A stretch of DNA of 55,796 bases from Bdellovibrionales bacterium (GTDB lineage: Bacteria > Bdellovibrionota > Bdellovibrionia > Bdellovibrionales > JAMPXM01). The DNA lies in the NCBI GenBank assembly GCA_043746635.1, contig JAYTQQ010000129.1, positions 1-55,796 of the forward strand. The letters are read 5' to 3'. Below are positions 17,894-27,565 of this stretch, piece after piece. How positions within the stretch are numbered: the stretch's first letter is position 1; each line of letters begins with the position of its first letter. Below the pieces are notes generated by a model that saw only the letters and a list, made by a program, of their open reading frames with translations, was not told where the DNA came from and searched no databases. The translations under genes and the position numbers were made by a program.

Positions 17894-18642
17894 TGGATCA
17901 ACCAATCGTAACCTTTTTCTTCAAGCTTTTGTGCAAGCTTCTTGTCTCCACTTTCGATAATTTTACCGCCAGCCAAAACGTGAACAAAGTCTGGAACTAT
18001 ATAATTTAAAAGACGCTGATAATGAGTAATCAAGATGATCGCGTTACTTTTGCTCTTAATTTTATTCACACCTTCGGCGACAATCTTCAGGGCGTCAATG
18101 TCGAGGCCCGAGTCAGTTTCATCTAAGATCGCGAGACGAGGAGATAAGACCGCCATCTGCAAAATCTCATTTCGCTTTTTCTCTCCACCAGAAAATCCGA
18201 CGTTAACCGAGCGATCTAAAAACTTTTCGTCCATCGTGATCATCTTCATTTTCGTCTTTACGAATTCTGAAAACTGCGTATCGCTCATTTCGGGAACACC
18301 CTGATGCTTGCAAATCGAATTAAAAGACATCTGTAAGAACTTAAAATTACTCACGCCCGGAACTTCGATCGGATATTGAAATGCCATGTAGACGCCTTCG
18401 CGAGCGCGATCTTCAGGAGCCATTTCGAGGAGATCTTTCATTTTGAAATTAATTTCGTAAAGGACTTTGCCGCTTGTCACTTTGTAATCTGGATGACCTG
18501 CAAGAACTTTTGACAAAGTACTTTTGCCAGAACCATTCGGCCCCATAATGGCATGAACTTCTCCGGCGTTGACCTTAAGGCTCAAGCCTTTTAGAACTTC
18601 TTTTTCGTCAATATCTACATGCAGACCCTGAATATCTAACAT
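17890..18642 (-). CDS. sufC: Fe-S assembly ATPase SufC
   Basis: GPNGSGKST, FSGGEKKRNE, LDETDSGLD and ITHYQRLL motifs. Confidence 0.96.
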   Translation of the reverse strand: MLDIQGLHVDIDEKEVLKGLSLKVNAGEVHAIMGPNGSGKSTLSKVLAGHPDYKVTSGKVLYEINFKMKDLLEMAPEDRAREGVYMAFQYPIEVPGVSNFKFLQMSFNSICKHQGVPEMSDTQFSEFVKTKMKMITMDEKFLDRSVNVGFSGGEKKRNEILQMAVLSPRLAILDETDSGLDIDALKIVAEGVNKIKSKSNAIILITHYQRLLNYIVPDFVHVLAGGKIIESGDKKLAQKLEEKGYDWLIQ

Positions 18643-18655
18643 TTTACTTCCTCAA

Positions 18656-20104
18656 CTAGCCGACGCTATTTTCTAATTTCATTTCAATTAACTTCACTGC
18701 CTCAACCGAAAACTCGAGAGGAAGTTGCTTAAAAACATCTTGGCAAAAACCATTCACGAGAAGTGAGATTGCTGACTCGCTATCAATACCACGAGATTTG
18801 AGGTAAAATATTTGGTCTGCGCTGATACGAGACGTACTCGCTTCGTGCTCAAGCACCGCCGACTTATTTTTAACTTCGATGTATGGATAAGTATTTGCCG
18901 AGCAGTTGGGACCCACCAGCATAGAGTCGCACTGCGAATAATTGCGGGCGCCGTCGGCCGAAGCCATAATTTTTACTTGGCCGCGATAAGAATTGCTCGA
19001 GTGACCCGTCGAAATTCCTTTTGAGATAATGGTGCTCTTGGTATTTTTACCAATGTGAATCATCTTAGTACCTGTATCTGCTTGCATACGGTCATGCGTG
19101 AGGGCAACCGAGTAAAATGCTCCCTGAGAATTGTCTCCGAGTAAAATACAGCTTGGATATTTCCAGGTGATTGATGATCCGCTTTCAATCTGCGTCCAGC
19201 TGATTTTTGAATTTTTGCCCTGGCATTTTCCGCGTTTAGTGACGAAATTGTAGATGCCACCTTTGCCGTCTTTATCGCCCGTATACCAATTTTGCACCGT
19301 CGAATATTTAATTTCGGCATCGTCGTGGGTGATGAGCTCAACCACGGCGGCGTGCAGTTGGTTTTCATCTCGTTGCGGAGCCGTACAACCCTCTAGATAA
19401 TTTACAAAACTTTCTGGCTCGGCAATGATGAGCGTTCTTTCAAACTGTCCGGTATCTTGCGCGTTGATCCGAAAGTACGTCGATAAATCAATAGGGCAGC
19501 GAACTCCCTTTGGAATATAAACGAAAGAGCCGTCTGTAAAAACGGCCGCGTTCAGTGCCGCGTAGAAATTATCTCCGACCGGAACGACGCTTCCCAAATA
19601 TTTCTGAATCAGTTCGGGATGCGTGTGCATCGCTTCAGAGATTGAGCAAAAAATCACGCCAACTTTTTTGAGATCTTCTTGGTGAGTGGTGCCCACTGAA
19701 ACAGAATCAAAAACGGCATCGACCGCGACTCCACTAATTCTTTTTTGCTCCGAGAGAGGAATTCCGAGACGCTCGAAAGTTTTGATGAGCTCGGGATCAA
19801 GTTCATCCATCGATTTTGGTCCATCTGTCGTTTTTTTCTTAGGCGCCGAAAAATAAATAATATCATTGAAATTGATTTTTGGATAACTCACGTTCGCCCA
19901 CGTTGGCTCGGTCATCGTTAGCCAGTGTTTGTAAGCCTTCAACCGAAAATTGAGCATCCAAGATGGCTCATTTTTCTTAGCCGAAATCATACGCACGATA
20001 TCTTCGTTCAAACCGCGAGGCACTTCGTCGGTTTCGATATCGGTGACAAAACCATACTTATATTCTTGCTCGAGATCTACTTTAGGAGAGGTTTTATTTT
20101 GCAT
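18656..20104 (-). CDS. sufB: Fe-S assembly protein SufB
   Basis: [28 protein letters not shown] and QADTGTKM motifs. Normal length, no intein. Confidence 0.97.
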   Translation of the reverse strand: MQNKTSPKVDLEQEYKYGFVTDIETDEVPRGLNEDIVRMISAKKNEPSWMLNFRLKAYKHWLTMTEPTWANVSYPKINFNDIIYFSAPKKKTTDGPKSMDELDPELIKTFERLGIPLSEQKRISGVAVDAVFDSVSVGTTHQEDLKKVGVIFCSISEAMHTHPELIQKYLGSVVPVGDNFYAALNAAVFTDGSFVYIPKGVRCPIDLSTYFRINAQDTGQFERTLIIAEPESFVNYLEGCTAPQRDENQLHAAVVELITHDDAEIKYSTVQNWYTGDKDGKGGIYNFVTKRGKCQGKNSKISWTQIESGSSITWKYPSCILLGDNSQGAFYSVALTHDRMQADTGTKMIHIGKNTKSTIISKGISTGHSSNSYRGQVKIMASADGARNYSQCDSMLVGPNCSANTYPYIEVKNKSAVLEHEASTSRISADQIFYLKSRGIDSESAISLLVNGFCQDVFKQLPLEFSVEAVKLIEMKLENSVG

Positions 20105-20550
20105 TAGGCGTTTACCTCTTCAAATCTCGAAGATTTCGGATCGAGGAGCTCACCGACTTTAATTCCTTCGTAGAATTCATTGAGCTTTCGATTGAGTGTG
20201 GACATCGGAGACATGATTGAACAATGCTCGATCACTTCACATGGTGATTCCAAAAGATCTTCTTTATGCAAACATTTTGCGAGAAAAATGGGACCCAGAA
20301 TAAACTCCATCAGTTCACCGAGTGAAATTTTATTGAGGTCTTTAACAATTTGGTATCCGCCGTTGACCCCTTGCTCTGACTTTAGAATATTTTTTTGAGC
20401 TAAAATTTGCATCACCCGCGCCGTCGCATCAAAAGGAATATGAAACTGCTGGCTGATCTCTTTTGCGGTTGATAGCTCGCCCGGAGACTTTGCTTTCATA
20501 TGCTTGAGAGCAATCAATGCATATTCTAATTTTCGATTGATCTTGTTCAT
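20104..20550 (-). CDS. Rrf2-family transcriptional regulator (SUF operon regulator, IscR-like)
   Basis: [15 protein letters not shown] wing and three C-terminal Cys; first gene of the suf operon. Confidence 0.9.
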   Translation of the reverse strand: MNKINRKLEYALIALKHMKAKSPGELSTAKEISQQFHIPFDATARVMQILAQKNILKSEQGVNGGYQIVKDLNKISLGELMEFILGPIFLAKCLHKEDLLESPCEVIEHCSIMSPMSTLNRKLNEFYEGIKVGELLDPKSSRFEEVNA

Positions 20551-20629
20551 TTTGGTCCTAGCTTTTTAGGGCTTTTCTCTGGTTTTTAGCATGGGCCGGT
20601 GCTATCTTGAACAGCCCCTGGCGGAATGA

Positions 20630-20658
20630 AAGTTAAATGATAATCTAATTTAGGTCAA
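20630..20658 (-). promoter_or_regulatory. Sigma70 promoter of the suf operon with an overlapping imperfect palindrome (candidate Rrf2 operator)
   Basis: Minus strand TTGACC-N17-TAACTT. TAATCTAA-T-TTAGGTCA near-palindrome in the spacer/-35; adjacent AT-rich imperfect inverted repeat at 20657-20690. Confidence 0.55.
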
Positions 20659-20745
20659 TCAAATAGGTTTAAATTTAACTTATATTGATTTGAGTTCGTT
20701 TCATTTGAGTTTTTATAATAATTAGCAATTTTAGGTACTTATACT

Positions 20746-21660
20746 ATGCTTTCACCTATTAAGAATTTACTGATCGTTTGTTTAATTGTCGGGCTCTGTC
20801 TTTTTTTAGGCTGGTTTTACCTGCATAACAAAAGCATGCTGAAACCCCACGTCGCTTTTCAAAATGGCTTCTTTGCCCGCTCAAGCTCCCAGCCAGACCT
20901 GATTGCCCTGCGCGGTGAAAGCTCCGATTTTCCTGAGAATACTTTAGCGGCCTTTCAAGCTGCCTCAGAGCTAAGCCCCAGGATTATTTTATGGGCCGAT
21001 GTGATGCTCTCACAAGATGGTGTGCCGGTTGTAACTCGCCATCAAGATCTCGCCGTTTACGGAGCCGAAAATTCTTACGTCCCACTTTTAAAATTTTCTG
21101 AAATTCAAAAAATAGACGCGGGCTTTGAGTTTCAAAATTCGAAAGGCGAGCATTCTTTTCGTGACAGAAATTTGCACATCTTAGCGCTCAAAGAATTGAT
21201 AGAAGCCTTTCCTAATCATCGGTTTGTTCTCAACCTCGCAGATGACTCTGAAGGCTTTGATCAGCAACTTGTTAAAGCAATCGGTTACAATGATAAAACT
21301 CAAAGATTTATCATCACGAGCGAACGTGATAAAATTTTAAAATCAACTCGCAAAATCGCACCGATGCTCTTATATGGAGCAAGCACCCCGCAACTCACTC
21401 AGCTCATGATTTTAGCGAATCTCTTTATAGAGAGCGCAGCTCCCCTCGATGCCGATCTCTTAATCGTCGAAAAAGTTTCAGAAAAAGTGAGAAACTCAAA
21501 CCGTATCCACCTCAACGAAAAAATGATTGATGAAGCTCATCGCCGCTCCCTTAAAGTCTTCGCCGGCGATCCCCAAAATTTAAACGAGGCACACCAACTC
21601 ATGCAGATGCATCTCGACGGCATTATCTCAAGTCATCCGTCGTCTCTAAAAGATCTTTAG
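20746..21660 (+). CDS. Glycerophosphodiester phosphodiesterase-family protein, membrane anchored, catalytically degenerate
   Basis: RG....PENTLAAF, DV.LSQDG.PVV and DGIIS..P fold motifs present; AHRG is ALRG, ExD is ADV, and HD is lost. Confidence 0.85.
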   Translation: MLSPIKNLLIVCLIVGLCLFLGWFYLHNKSMLKPHVAFQNGFFARSSSQPDLIALRGESSDFPENTLAAFQAASELSPRIILWADVMLSQDGVPVVTRHQDLAVYGAENSYVPLLKFSEIQKIDAGFEFQNSKGEHSFRDRNLHILALKELIEAFPNHRFVLNLADDSEGFDQQLVKAIGYNDKTQRFIITSERDKILKSTRKIAPMLLYGASTPQLTQLMILANLFIESAAPLDADLLIVEKVSEKVRNSNRIHLNEKMIDEAHRRSLKVFAGDPQNLNEAHQLMQMHLDGIISSHPSSLKDL

Positions 21661-21735
21661 CCTGCTAGCAAAATGGCTACAAACTTATCTGTTAGAGTAC
21701 TAGACTTCAGTCTGGCAATTTTTTCGAGGAGATGG

Positions 21736-21764
21736 TTGCTTAGGACCGACAAAAGTCTTAACAT
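21736..21764 (+). promoter_or_regulatory. Candidate sigma70 promoter for tolQ (leaderless geometry)
   Basis: TTGCTT-N17-TAACAT, then 6 nt, then ATG 21771; no SD. Confidence 0.45.
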
Positions 21765-21770
21765 TTTCAG

Positions 21771-22538
21771 ATGATAAATATATTCGTTCGTTCTTTGATT
21801 TTTTTGTCCCAGCAATCTCAAGCAGCCGGTGGCGCAAGGGTCGGCGTTAAAACAGGCGTGTTTGATGCCGTCATGGCAGCAAGTTTGCCGGTGCAGATGC
21901 TGCTCATTATTTTGCTCGGGGCTTCTGTTTGCTCTTGGGCCATCATCTACGCCAAGTATAAACAGTTTCAGAGTATGCAAGTTGCGAATCAAGAGTTTAG
22001 CGATTTCTTCTGGAAGTCGAAAGCTCTCGAAAATGTTCATAACAAAATTGATGAATTCTCGACCAGTAATCTCAGTAAAGTCTTTAATGCCGGGTACGTT
22101 GAGCTACAAAGAATTGCGGACTCGGGTTTAGCGAGACACCAATCTGATTCTGATAACCTCAAACTTTCAGGAATCGATAACTTAGAAAGAGCAATTCAAA
22201 AAACAGTTGGAACTGAAGTTTCGAATGCCGAATCACGTTTGAACTTTTTAGCAACGACCGGGAGTACGGCTCCATTCATAGGCCTTCTCGGAACCGTAAT
22301 CGGTATTATGTCTTCGTTTTCAAATATCGCAAGTAGCGGCTCTGCAAGTCTGGCGGTTGTCGCTCCGGGAATAGCTGAAGCACTTTTCTCAACGGCGGTT
22401 GGTCTCTTTGCCGCGATTCCGGCAGTGGTCGCCTACAATTATTTTATCGGGCGTATTCGCAAAATTGAAATTGATCTCAATAATTTTGGATCTGACTTTT
22501 TGAACGTTGCTAAGCGAAATTTCTTCGGAGATAAATAG
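21771..22538 (+). CDS. tolQ: Tol-Pal system protein TolQ
   Basis: LATTGSTAPFIGLLGTV and VAPGIAEAL..TA.GLFAAIPA motifs; followed by tolR, tolA and tolB. Confidence 0.93.
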   Translation: MINIFVRSLIFLSQQSQAAGGARVGVKTGVFDAVMAASLPVQMLLIILLGASVCSWAIIYAKYKQFQSMQVANQEFSDFFWKSKALENVHNKIDEFSTSNLSKVFNAGYVELQRIADSGLARHQSDSDNLKLSGIDNLERAIQKTVGTEVSNAESRLNFLATTGSTAPFIGLLGTVIGIMSSFSNIASSGSASLAVVAPGIAEALFSTAVGLFAAIPAVVAYNYFIGRIRKIEIDLNNFGSDFLNVAKRNFFGDK

Positions 22539-22954
22539 TGGGAATGTCGGGCTCGTCACCTAAAAGTCGCATGGCCATGAGTGAGATCAATATCACTCCG
22601 ATGGTTGACGTCATGCTTGTGCTCCTCATTATTTTTATGGTTACGACCCCCATGATGCAGCAAGGGATCGACATTGATCTCCCTGAGGTTTCTAGTTCGG
22701 GTACACCAACAACCGATGAACCATTTATTCTCGAAATTAAAAGAAATAAAAGACTCTACATTGGAGAGACTGAAGTTCATATCTCGGCTCTCTCAGAAAA
22801 GCTCACAGCTATTTTTTCTACTCGCAAGAATAAGCAAATTTACCTTCAAGCTGATCGCAACGTTGACTACGGACTCGTCGCTGAAACCATGGGAGAAATT
22901 CGCTCTGCCGGAATTTCAAATATAAGTTTGGTGACGTTGCCGAAGGTGAATTAG
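22538..22954 (+). CDS. tolR: Tol-Pal system protein TolR
   Basis: EINITPMVDVMLVLLIIFMV and QADRNVDYG motifs. Confidence 0.93.
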   Translation: MGMSGSSPKSRMAMSEINITPMVDVMLVLLIIFMVTTPMMQQGIDIDLPEVSSSGTPTTDEPFILEIKRNKRLYIGETEVHISALSEKLTAIFSTRKNKQIYLQADRNVDYGLVAETMGEIRSAGISNISLVTLPKVN

Positions 22955-23712
22955 TGAATATGTACGCCCCCGCACAGCTCCATCCTGAAGACAATTTTGC
23001 GAAGTATATTCGCTGGTCGGCGATAGGGCACGTGGTGGTGCTTGCACTTTTTATCATGCGTACCGTTTTTTACCCTTCAGAACCCATTCTCATTCAACAC
23101 GCTATTCGTGTCGATATGGTAGGTCTCCCGACAAAGACTCAGGCGGCAACGATATTGCCAAGCGAACCAAAAGCGAAAGCTGCGCCGAAACCAGCCGAGC
23201 CAAAACCTTTACCCGTCACGAAGAAAGTTTTACCCGATGTTAAAAAACTAGATCCAAAAAAAGTAGATTTACGAAAATCATCTACGGCCGAGGATGACGC
23301 GATCAAAAGGCTTGAAGCATTTAAAAAATTAGCCGAAATGTCGAAGGCCAAGTCACAGCCAAAGGCCGCAGCCGAACCGATCCGCGGTGCCGCCCTTTCG
23401 CCTGGATCTTCGCTCGTCGGGCTTAACAAAATTGATTACGACGATTATCTCGATAAACTCAACGAAAAGGTCAAAGCGAACTGGAACTTGCCGAGCCTTC
23501 TTAAAAATCGAGAATTGACGGCCACCGTAATGGTTTATATCAATTCTTCTGGTAATATCGCTAAGAAAGAAATTAAAAAAAGTTCTGGCAACTCGGTATT
23601 TGATGAAAAGTGTCTCGAGGCGATAGATCTTTCGGGGCCGTTCGAAAGCCCCCCTTCGAAACTGACAAATATTTTGGCCGTAGACGGAGTTGAGTTTGGA
23701 TTTCCGGAATAA
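22954..23712 (+). CDS. tolA: TolA/TonB-family energy transducer
   Basis: N-terminal TM with SxxxH, Pro/Lys linker and C-terminal KSSGNSVFD domain; lies between tolR and tolB. Confidence 0.85.
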   Translation: MNMYAPAQLHPEDNFAKYIRWSAIGHVVVLALFIMRTVFYPSEPILIQHAIRVDMVGLPTKTQAATILPSEPKAKAAPKPAEPKPLPVTKKVLPDVKKLDPKKVDLRKSSTAEDDAIKRLEAFKKLAEMSKAKSQPKAAAEPIRGAALSPGSSLVGLNKIDYDDYLDKLNEKVKANWNLPSLLKNRELTATVMVYINSSGNIAKKEIKKSSGNSVFDEKCLEAIDLSGPFESPPSKLTNILAVDGVEFGFPE

Positions 23713-23730
23713 AAATTAAGAGGAGCTCAA

Positions 23731-25134
23731 ATGAAGAAACAACTGGTAGGTTTTACGGGTCGTCTAAGCGTTTTTATTCTCGCGCTCACATTTTCAATCA
23801 ATGCCGTGAGGGCGGAGAGTCCGATCCATCTGAACGTTGGTGATGCAAAGTTTAAGAAAAGCATCCTGGCATTACCCGCGTTTCAATATCTCGGCACTCC
23901 GGGCATCAATAAAACTTATATCAGCACCGGAAAAGAAATTTTCGATACTCTGCAGTTTGACCTCAGCGTGAGTTCTTATTTTGATTTCTTGAAACGAGAA
24001 GCTTTTGTCGAAGACGTTTCGAAGATGAGCCTTCGGCCCGTTGCCGACGAAGCCTCGGGATTTAACTTCTCAAGCTGGAAACAAATCGGAGCCGATTTTC
24101 TCATTCGGGCCGGCTATAAAATTGTGGGTGACGACGTCACCCTCGAAGCTTACCTCTACTACGTTCCGCAACAGAAAAAGGTGCTCGCGAAGACTTATCA
24201 GGGACGCACGAAGGATTCACGCCTTATCGCGCACACCTTTGCGAATGATATCGTCAAAGAGCTCACCGGCATCAAGGGATTTTTTCTTTCTAAAATCGTC
24301 ACCTCAAGAAGTACCGAGCCTCAACAACGAGAAATTTTCGTAATGGATTGGGATGGCTCCAACGTGCACGCGGTCACTCACCATCACTCGATCGCAAATT
24401 CTCCAGCTTGGTCTGCAGATGGCAAAAGTATAGGTTACCGAAACTTCACGTACCATACGGCCGATAAAACTCGTAACGCTGATTTATTTTTCTACAATCT
24501 AGAAACTCAAGAGAGAAAACTGATTTCGGCTCGACCCGGAATTAATTCTGGCGTGAGTTTCTTCCCCGATGGAAGACATATCGTACTCACCATGACTCGC
24601 GGAGAAAGTCCCAACATTTATAAAATGACGATGGATGGTCGATCGTTCGATGCACTCACATCTAGCGCGCACGATGTTTTAAACGTTGAACCGAGCGTCA
24701 GCCCCGACGGAACTAAAATTGCATTTTCTTCAGATCGAAATGGTCGTCCGATGGTTTACGTTATGAACGCAGACGGATCAAACGTAAAGCGCCTCACCGT
24801 TGCAGGAGAGTATAACTCTTGTCCCCGCTTTTCTCCTGATGGTAAGAAAATTACTTTCGCCGGCAGTGACAAAGGCCATTTTGATCTGTTCATCATGAAT
24901 GCAGACGGTGAAAATATGATTCGGCTCACTTCAGCAAAAAAATCAACAAACGGAAAAATGTCAGACAACGAAGATCCAAGTTTTTCTCCGGACGGGAGAC
25001 ACATTCTCTTCACGAGCAATCGCGATGGCCATCATCAACTCTACATCGTAGACATTGATGGCGATAACGAACGTCGAATTACTTTCGATAAGAACGATTA
25101 CTATAAACCTTCGTGGTCGCCTTACCTTGAATAA
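23731..25134 (+). CDS. tolB: Tol-Pal beta-propeller protein TolB
   Basis: Signal peptide, TolB N-domain (AHTFANDI...LTG) and repeated PD40 PxxSPDG units. Confidence 0.93.
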   Translation: MKKQLVGFTGRLSVFILALTFSINAVRAESPIHLNVGDAKFKKSILALPAFQYLGTPGINKTYISTGKEIFDTLQFDLSVSSYFDFLKREAFVEDVSKMSLRPVADEASGFNFSSWKQIGADFLIRAGYKIVGDDVTLEAYLYYVPQQKKVLAKTYQGRTKDSRLIAHTFANDIVKELTGIKGFFLSKIVTSRSTEPQQREIFVMDWDGSNVHAVTHHHSIANSPAWSADGKSIGYRNFTYHTADKTRNADLFFYNLETQERKLISARPGINSGVSFFPDGRHIVLTMTRGESPNIYKMTMDGRSFDALTSSAHDVLNVEPSVSPDGTKIAFSSDRNGRPMVYVMNADGSNVKRLTVAGEYNSCPRFSPDGKKITFAGSDKGHFDLFIMNADGENMIRLTSAKKSTNGKMSDNEDPSFSPDGRHILFTSNRDGHHQLYIVDIDGDNERRITFDKNDYYKPSWSPYLE

Positions 25135-27565
25135 AGTTCCTGAGCTTGCGAGCTATTCGAAAGAACAGATTTCGCGAGCCTCAGAGTTTTCGCCGGCCTT
25201 AAAACGCTATTTGGCTCTGCTTGATAGAGAGAGCGCGCATCTAAATGATTCATCCAAGCTCAGGCTGAAAAGGCACAAAGTTTGGTGTGAATCCGTTCTA
25301 GCAACTTATTACAAAAATTCTACGACCGAAGAAATTTGCTACGGATGGTCCTTAGCTTCTGAAAAACTGATTTCGGAAGCATGGCAACTAGCCGGCGGCG
25401 ACGATCGAGATTTTATTATATTAGCTCTAGGAAAATTGGGTTCTCGAGAACTCAACTTGAGTTCAGACGTCGATCTCGTTCTCGTAAGGCGCGACGATAA
25501 AATCATTGATCCTAAAGTGCTTCGGCACTTTACTTCTATTCTTTCTGAGCTCACCGAGTTTGCATATTGCCTGCGCGTTGATCTCAATCTGAGGCCCGGC
25601 GGAGGGTCAGGATCTTTGATCACCTCCCAAACTGAATTTGAATATCATTATGGCTACCACGGCGAAATGTGGGAGAGACTTTCATATGTCAGGGCTCGCT
25701 GCATTTACGGAGATACCAATTTATCGACTGAGATTTTGAAATTTGCTAATCATTTTTCTTATCGAAAACATATCGACCTGACACTTATTGATGATCTCTC
25801 TCAGCTGAGAAATAAAATTCACTTTGAAATTAGTCTCAAAGATCAAAAATATTTTAATTTAAAACTCAGTCCTGGCGGAATTCGCGATCTTGAATTTTTT
25901 GTACATTCTCTACAGCTCATTCACGGAGGTAAGAATAGACTGCTCCAAATACAGTCTACCTCAGAAGCAATTCATCAATTGAAAGAAGCTCATTTTATTT
26001 CTGAAACCGATGCAAAATTTATCTTTGAGAGTTACTGGTTTTTGAGAGATGTAGAAAATAACCTCCAAGGGAAAGAGGATCAGCAGACTTATTTGATCGA
26101 CAGAAACTTACAAAACTTTACACGATTTAAGGTCTCTGACATTCTGGCACTTGCCAGAAAGAGCCACCTTTTTGTGTCAGAACTTTTAAAGATCAGTCAG
26201 AAAAGTTCGTTACCTACGATTCTTGAAGAACAACAAGCTTGGTTGAGAATAAAGGGTTTTTCAGAAGATTCGATCTTGACGACTTGGCCCGAAATCATTT
26301 CTGCGAGTGCCCAATCACAAAAAACGGAGAGTGATGAAACTTCACGCCTTCAGTTTTTAGAAAGTTTCGTAGAACACCTTTCATCGATTGATCGCAACAA
26401 AGATTTAGCTCTCGCGCTCTTATCAGATTTCATCCGGGCGACACGCGCGAAAGCAAGTCTCTACAGCCTCCTGAACCGTGAAAAAAAATTAACCGAAGAA
26501 ATGGCCTGGCTGTTCTCTTGCTCGCCCTACCTCGCAAACATTTTTGCTTTGCGGCCCGAACTCATTGATAGCCTTTTCTTTAATGCACAGGCAGAACTTC
26601 CAAAGGCGCAAGACGAATTTCTTGAAATGCAAATCGAACGCAGACTCCTCGTTGAAGTCTTAGCCGCTCAAAAATTCTTGAAAGACCGTGATCTGGGTAT
26701 TCTTTCGAGCGAACTAACATTTACGGCGGATGAGATTTGCAAAACGATTCTTAACAGACTGCAAGAAGAACTGCAGAGTGAGGCCGTCAACGTCATCTGC
26801 CTCGGAAAATGGGGTGGACGCGAGCTTGGTTTTCGTTCTGATCTTGATTTCATTTTCCTGACAGACCATGAGCCAACTCCGCTTCAACAAAAGCTAAGTC
26901 GTAAAGTGATTAGCTGGTTAAACCAACCCAACCGTGGCGGAGTCATCTACAACATCGACACTCGTCTGCGACCGAGCGGCCACGCAGGACCACTCTTAGT
27001 TTCAAAAACTCAACTCGAGAATTTTCTGAACACAAAGGCTGATCCGTGGGAGAGGCAAGCTTACCTCCGTTCTCGGCCTCTCTTTGAAACAGACTTTTCA
27101 ATTTCAAAAATTGCCTCCGCACCTGGACTTTCTCGTGCCGATGAAGTGATCCTCCGAGATATTCGTTTAAAACTTCTGCCACAAGTGAACGATATGCTTG
27201 ATCTCAAGTTAAATCCCGGAGGTCTAGTCGATATCGAATTTTGCGCCCAAATCTCTTTGCTTAAGCGCGCGCAATTCTCTCTTGATTCGTCGACTCAGGG
27301 CATGATTCAATATCTTATGGAGCAAGATCAAGCCTGGAAGAACTTCGGACCCGCTCTCATCAAGAATTATACTTTTTTGAGAACGATCGAGCAAATGCAT
27401 CAACTGACAAGCTCTCAATCGCAGGCAAGACTTAAAAAGAATTCTCAAGCGCTTCAGGTTTTGGCCGCAAACATAAGCTTGAGTATCGAAAGTTTAGAAC
27501 AGAATCTCAACGAAGTATTTTCTCAGAATTCGCTTTTGCTCGAGCAACTAAGAGGTCTAATGTGA
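25127..27565 (+). CDS. glnE: Bifunctional glutamine synthetase adenylyltransferase/removase
   Basis: Two nucleotidyltransferase domains: GKLGSRELNLSSDVD and GKWGGRELGFRSDLD, each with LRP.G and LKL..GG..D.EF. Start uncertain (TTG 25127 assumed). Confidence 0.88.
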   Translation: MNKVPELASYSKEQISRASEFSPALKRYLALLDRESAHLNDSSKLRLKRHKVWCESVLATYYKNSTTEEICYGWSLASEKLISEAWQLAGGDDRDFIILALGKLGSRELNLSSDVDLVLVRRDDKIIDPKVLRHFTSILSELTEFAYCLRVDLNLRPGGGSGSLITSQTEFEYHYGYHGEMWERLSYVRARCIYGDTNLSTEILKFANHFSYRKHIDLTLIDDLSQLRNKIHFEISLKDQKYFNLKLSPGGIRDLEFFVHSLQLIHGGKNRLLQIQSTSEAIHQLKEAHFISETDAKFIFESYWFLRDVENNLQGKEDQQTYLIDRNLQNFTRFKVSDILALARKSHLFVSELLKISQKSSLPTILEEQQAWLRIKGFSEDSILTTWPEIISASAQSQKTESDETSRLQFLESFVEHLSSIDRNKDLALALLSDFIRATRAKASLYSLLNREKKLTEEMAWLFSCSPYLANIFALRPELIDSLFFNAQAELPKAQDEFLEMQIERRLLVEVLAAQKFLKDRDLGILSSELTFTADEICKTILNRLQEELQSEAVNVICLGKWGGRELGFRSDLDFIFLTDHEPTPLQQKLSRKVISWLNQPNRGGVIYNIDTRLRPSGHAGPLLVSKTQLENFLNTKADPWERQAYLRSRPLFETDFSISKIASAPGLSRADEVILRDIRLKLLPQVNDMLDLKLNPGGLVDIEFCAQISLLKRAQFSLDSSTQGMIQYLMEQDQAWKNFGPALIKNYTFLRTIEQMHQLTSSQSQARLKKNSQALQVLAANISLSIESLEQNLNEVFSQNSLLLEQLRGLM

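Noticed and set aside
18656-20104. Possible intein in SufB
   Set aside because: Normal length with contiguous motifs; no insertion.
20636-20645. AATGATAATC as a Fur box
   Set aside because: Only about 11 of 19 consensus positions match in AT-rich DNA; the Rrf2 operator/promoter reading is simpler.
24340-25125. Repeated SPDG units as a possible repeat array
   Set aside because: Normal PD40 repeats of the TolB propeller; no DNA-level array.
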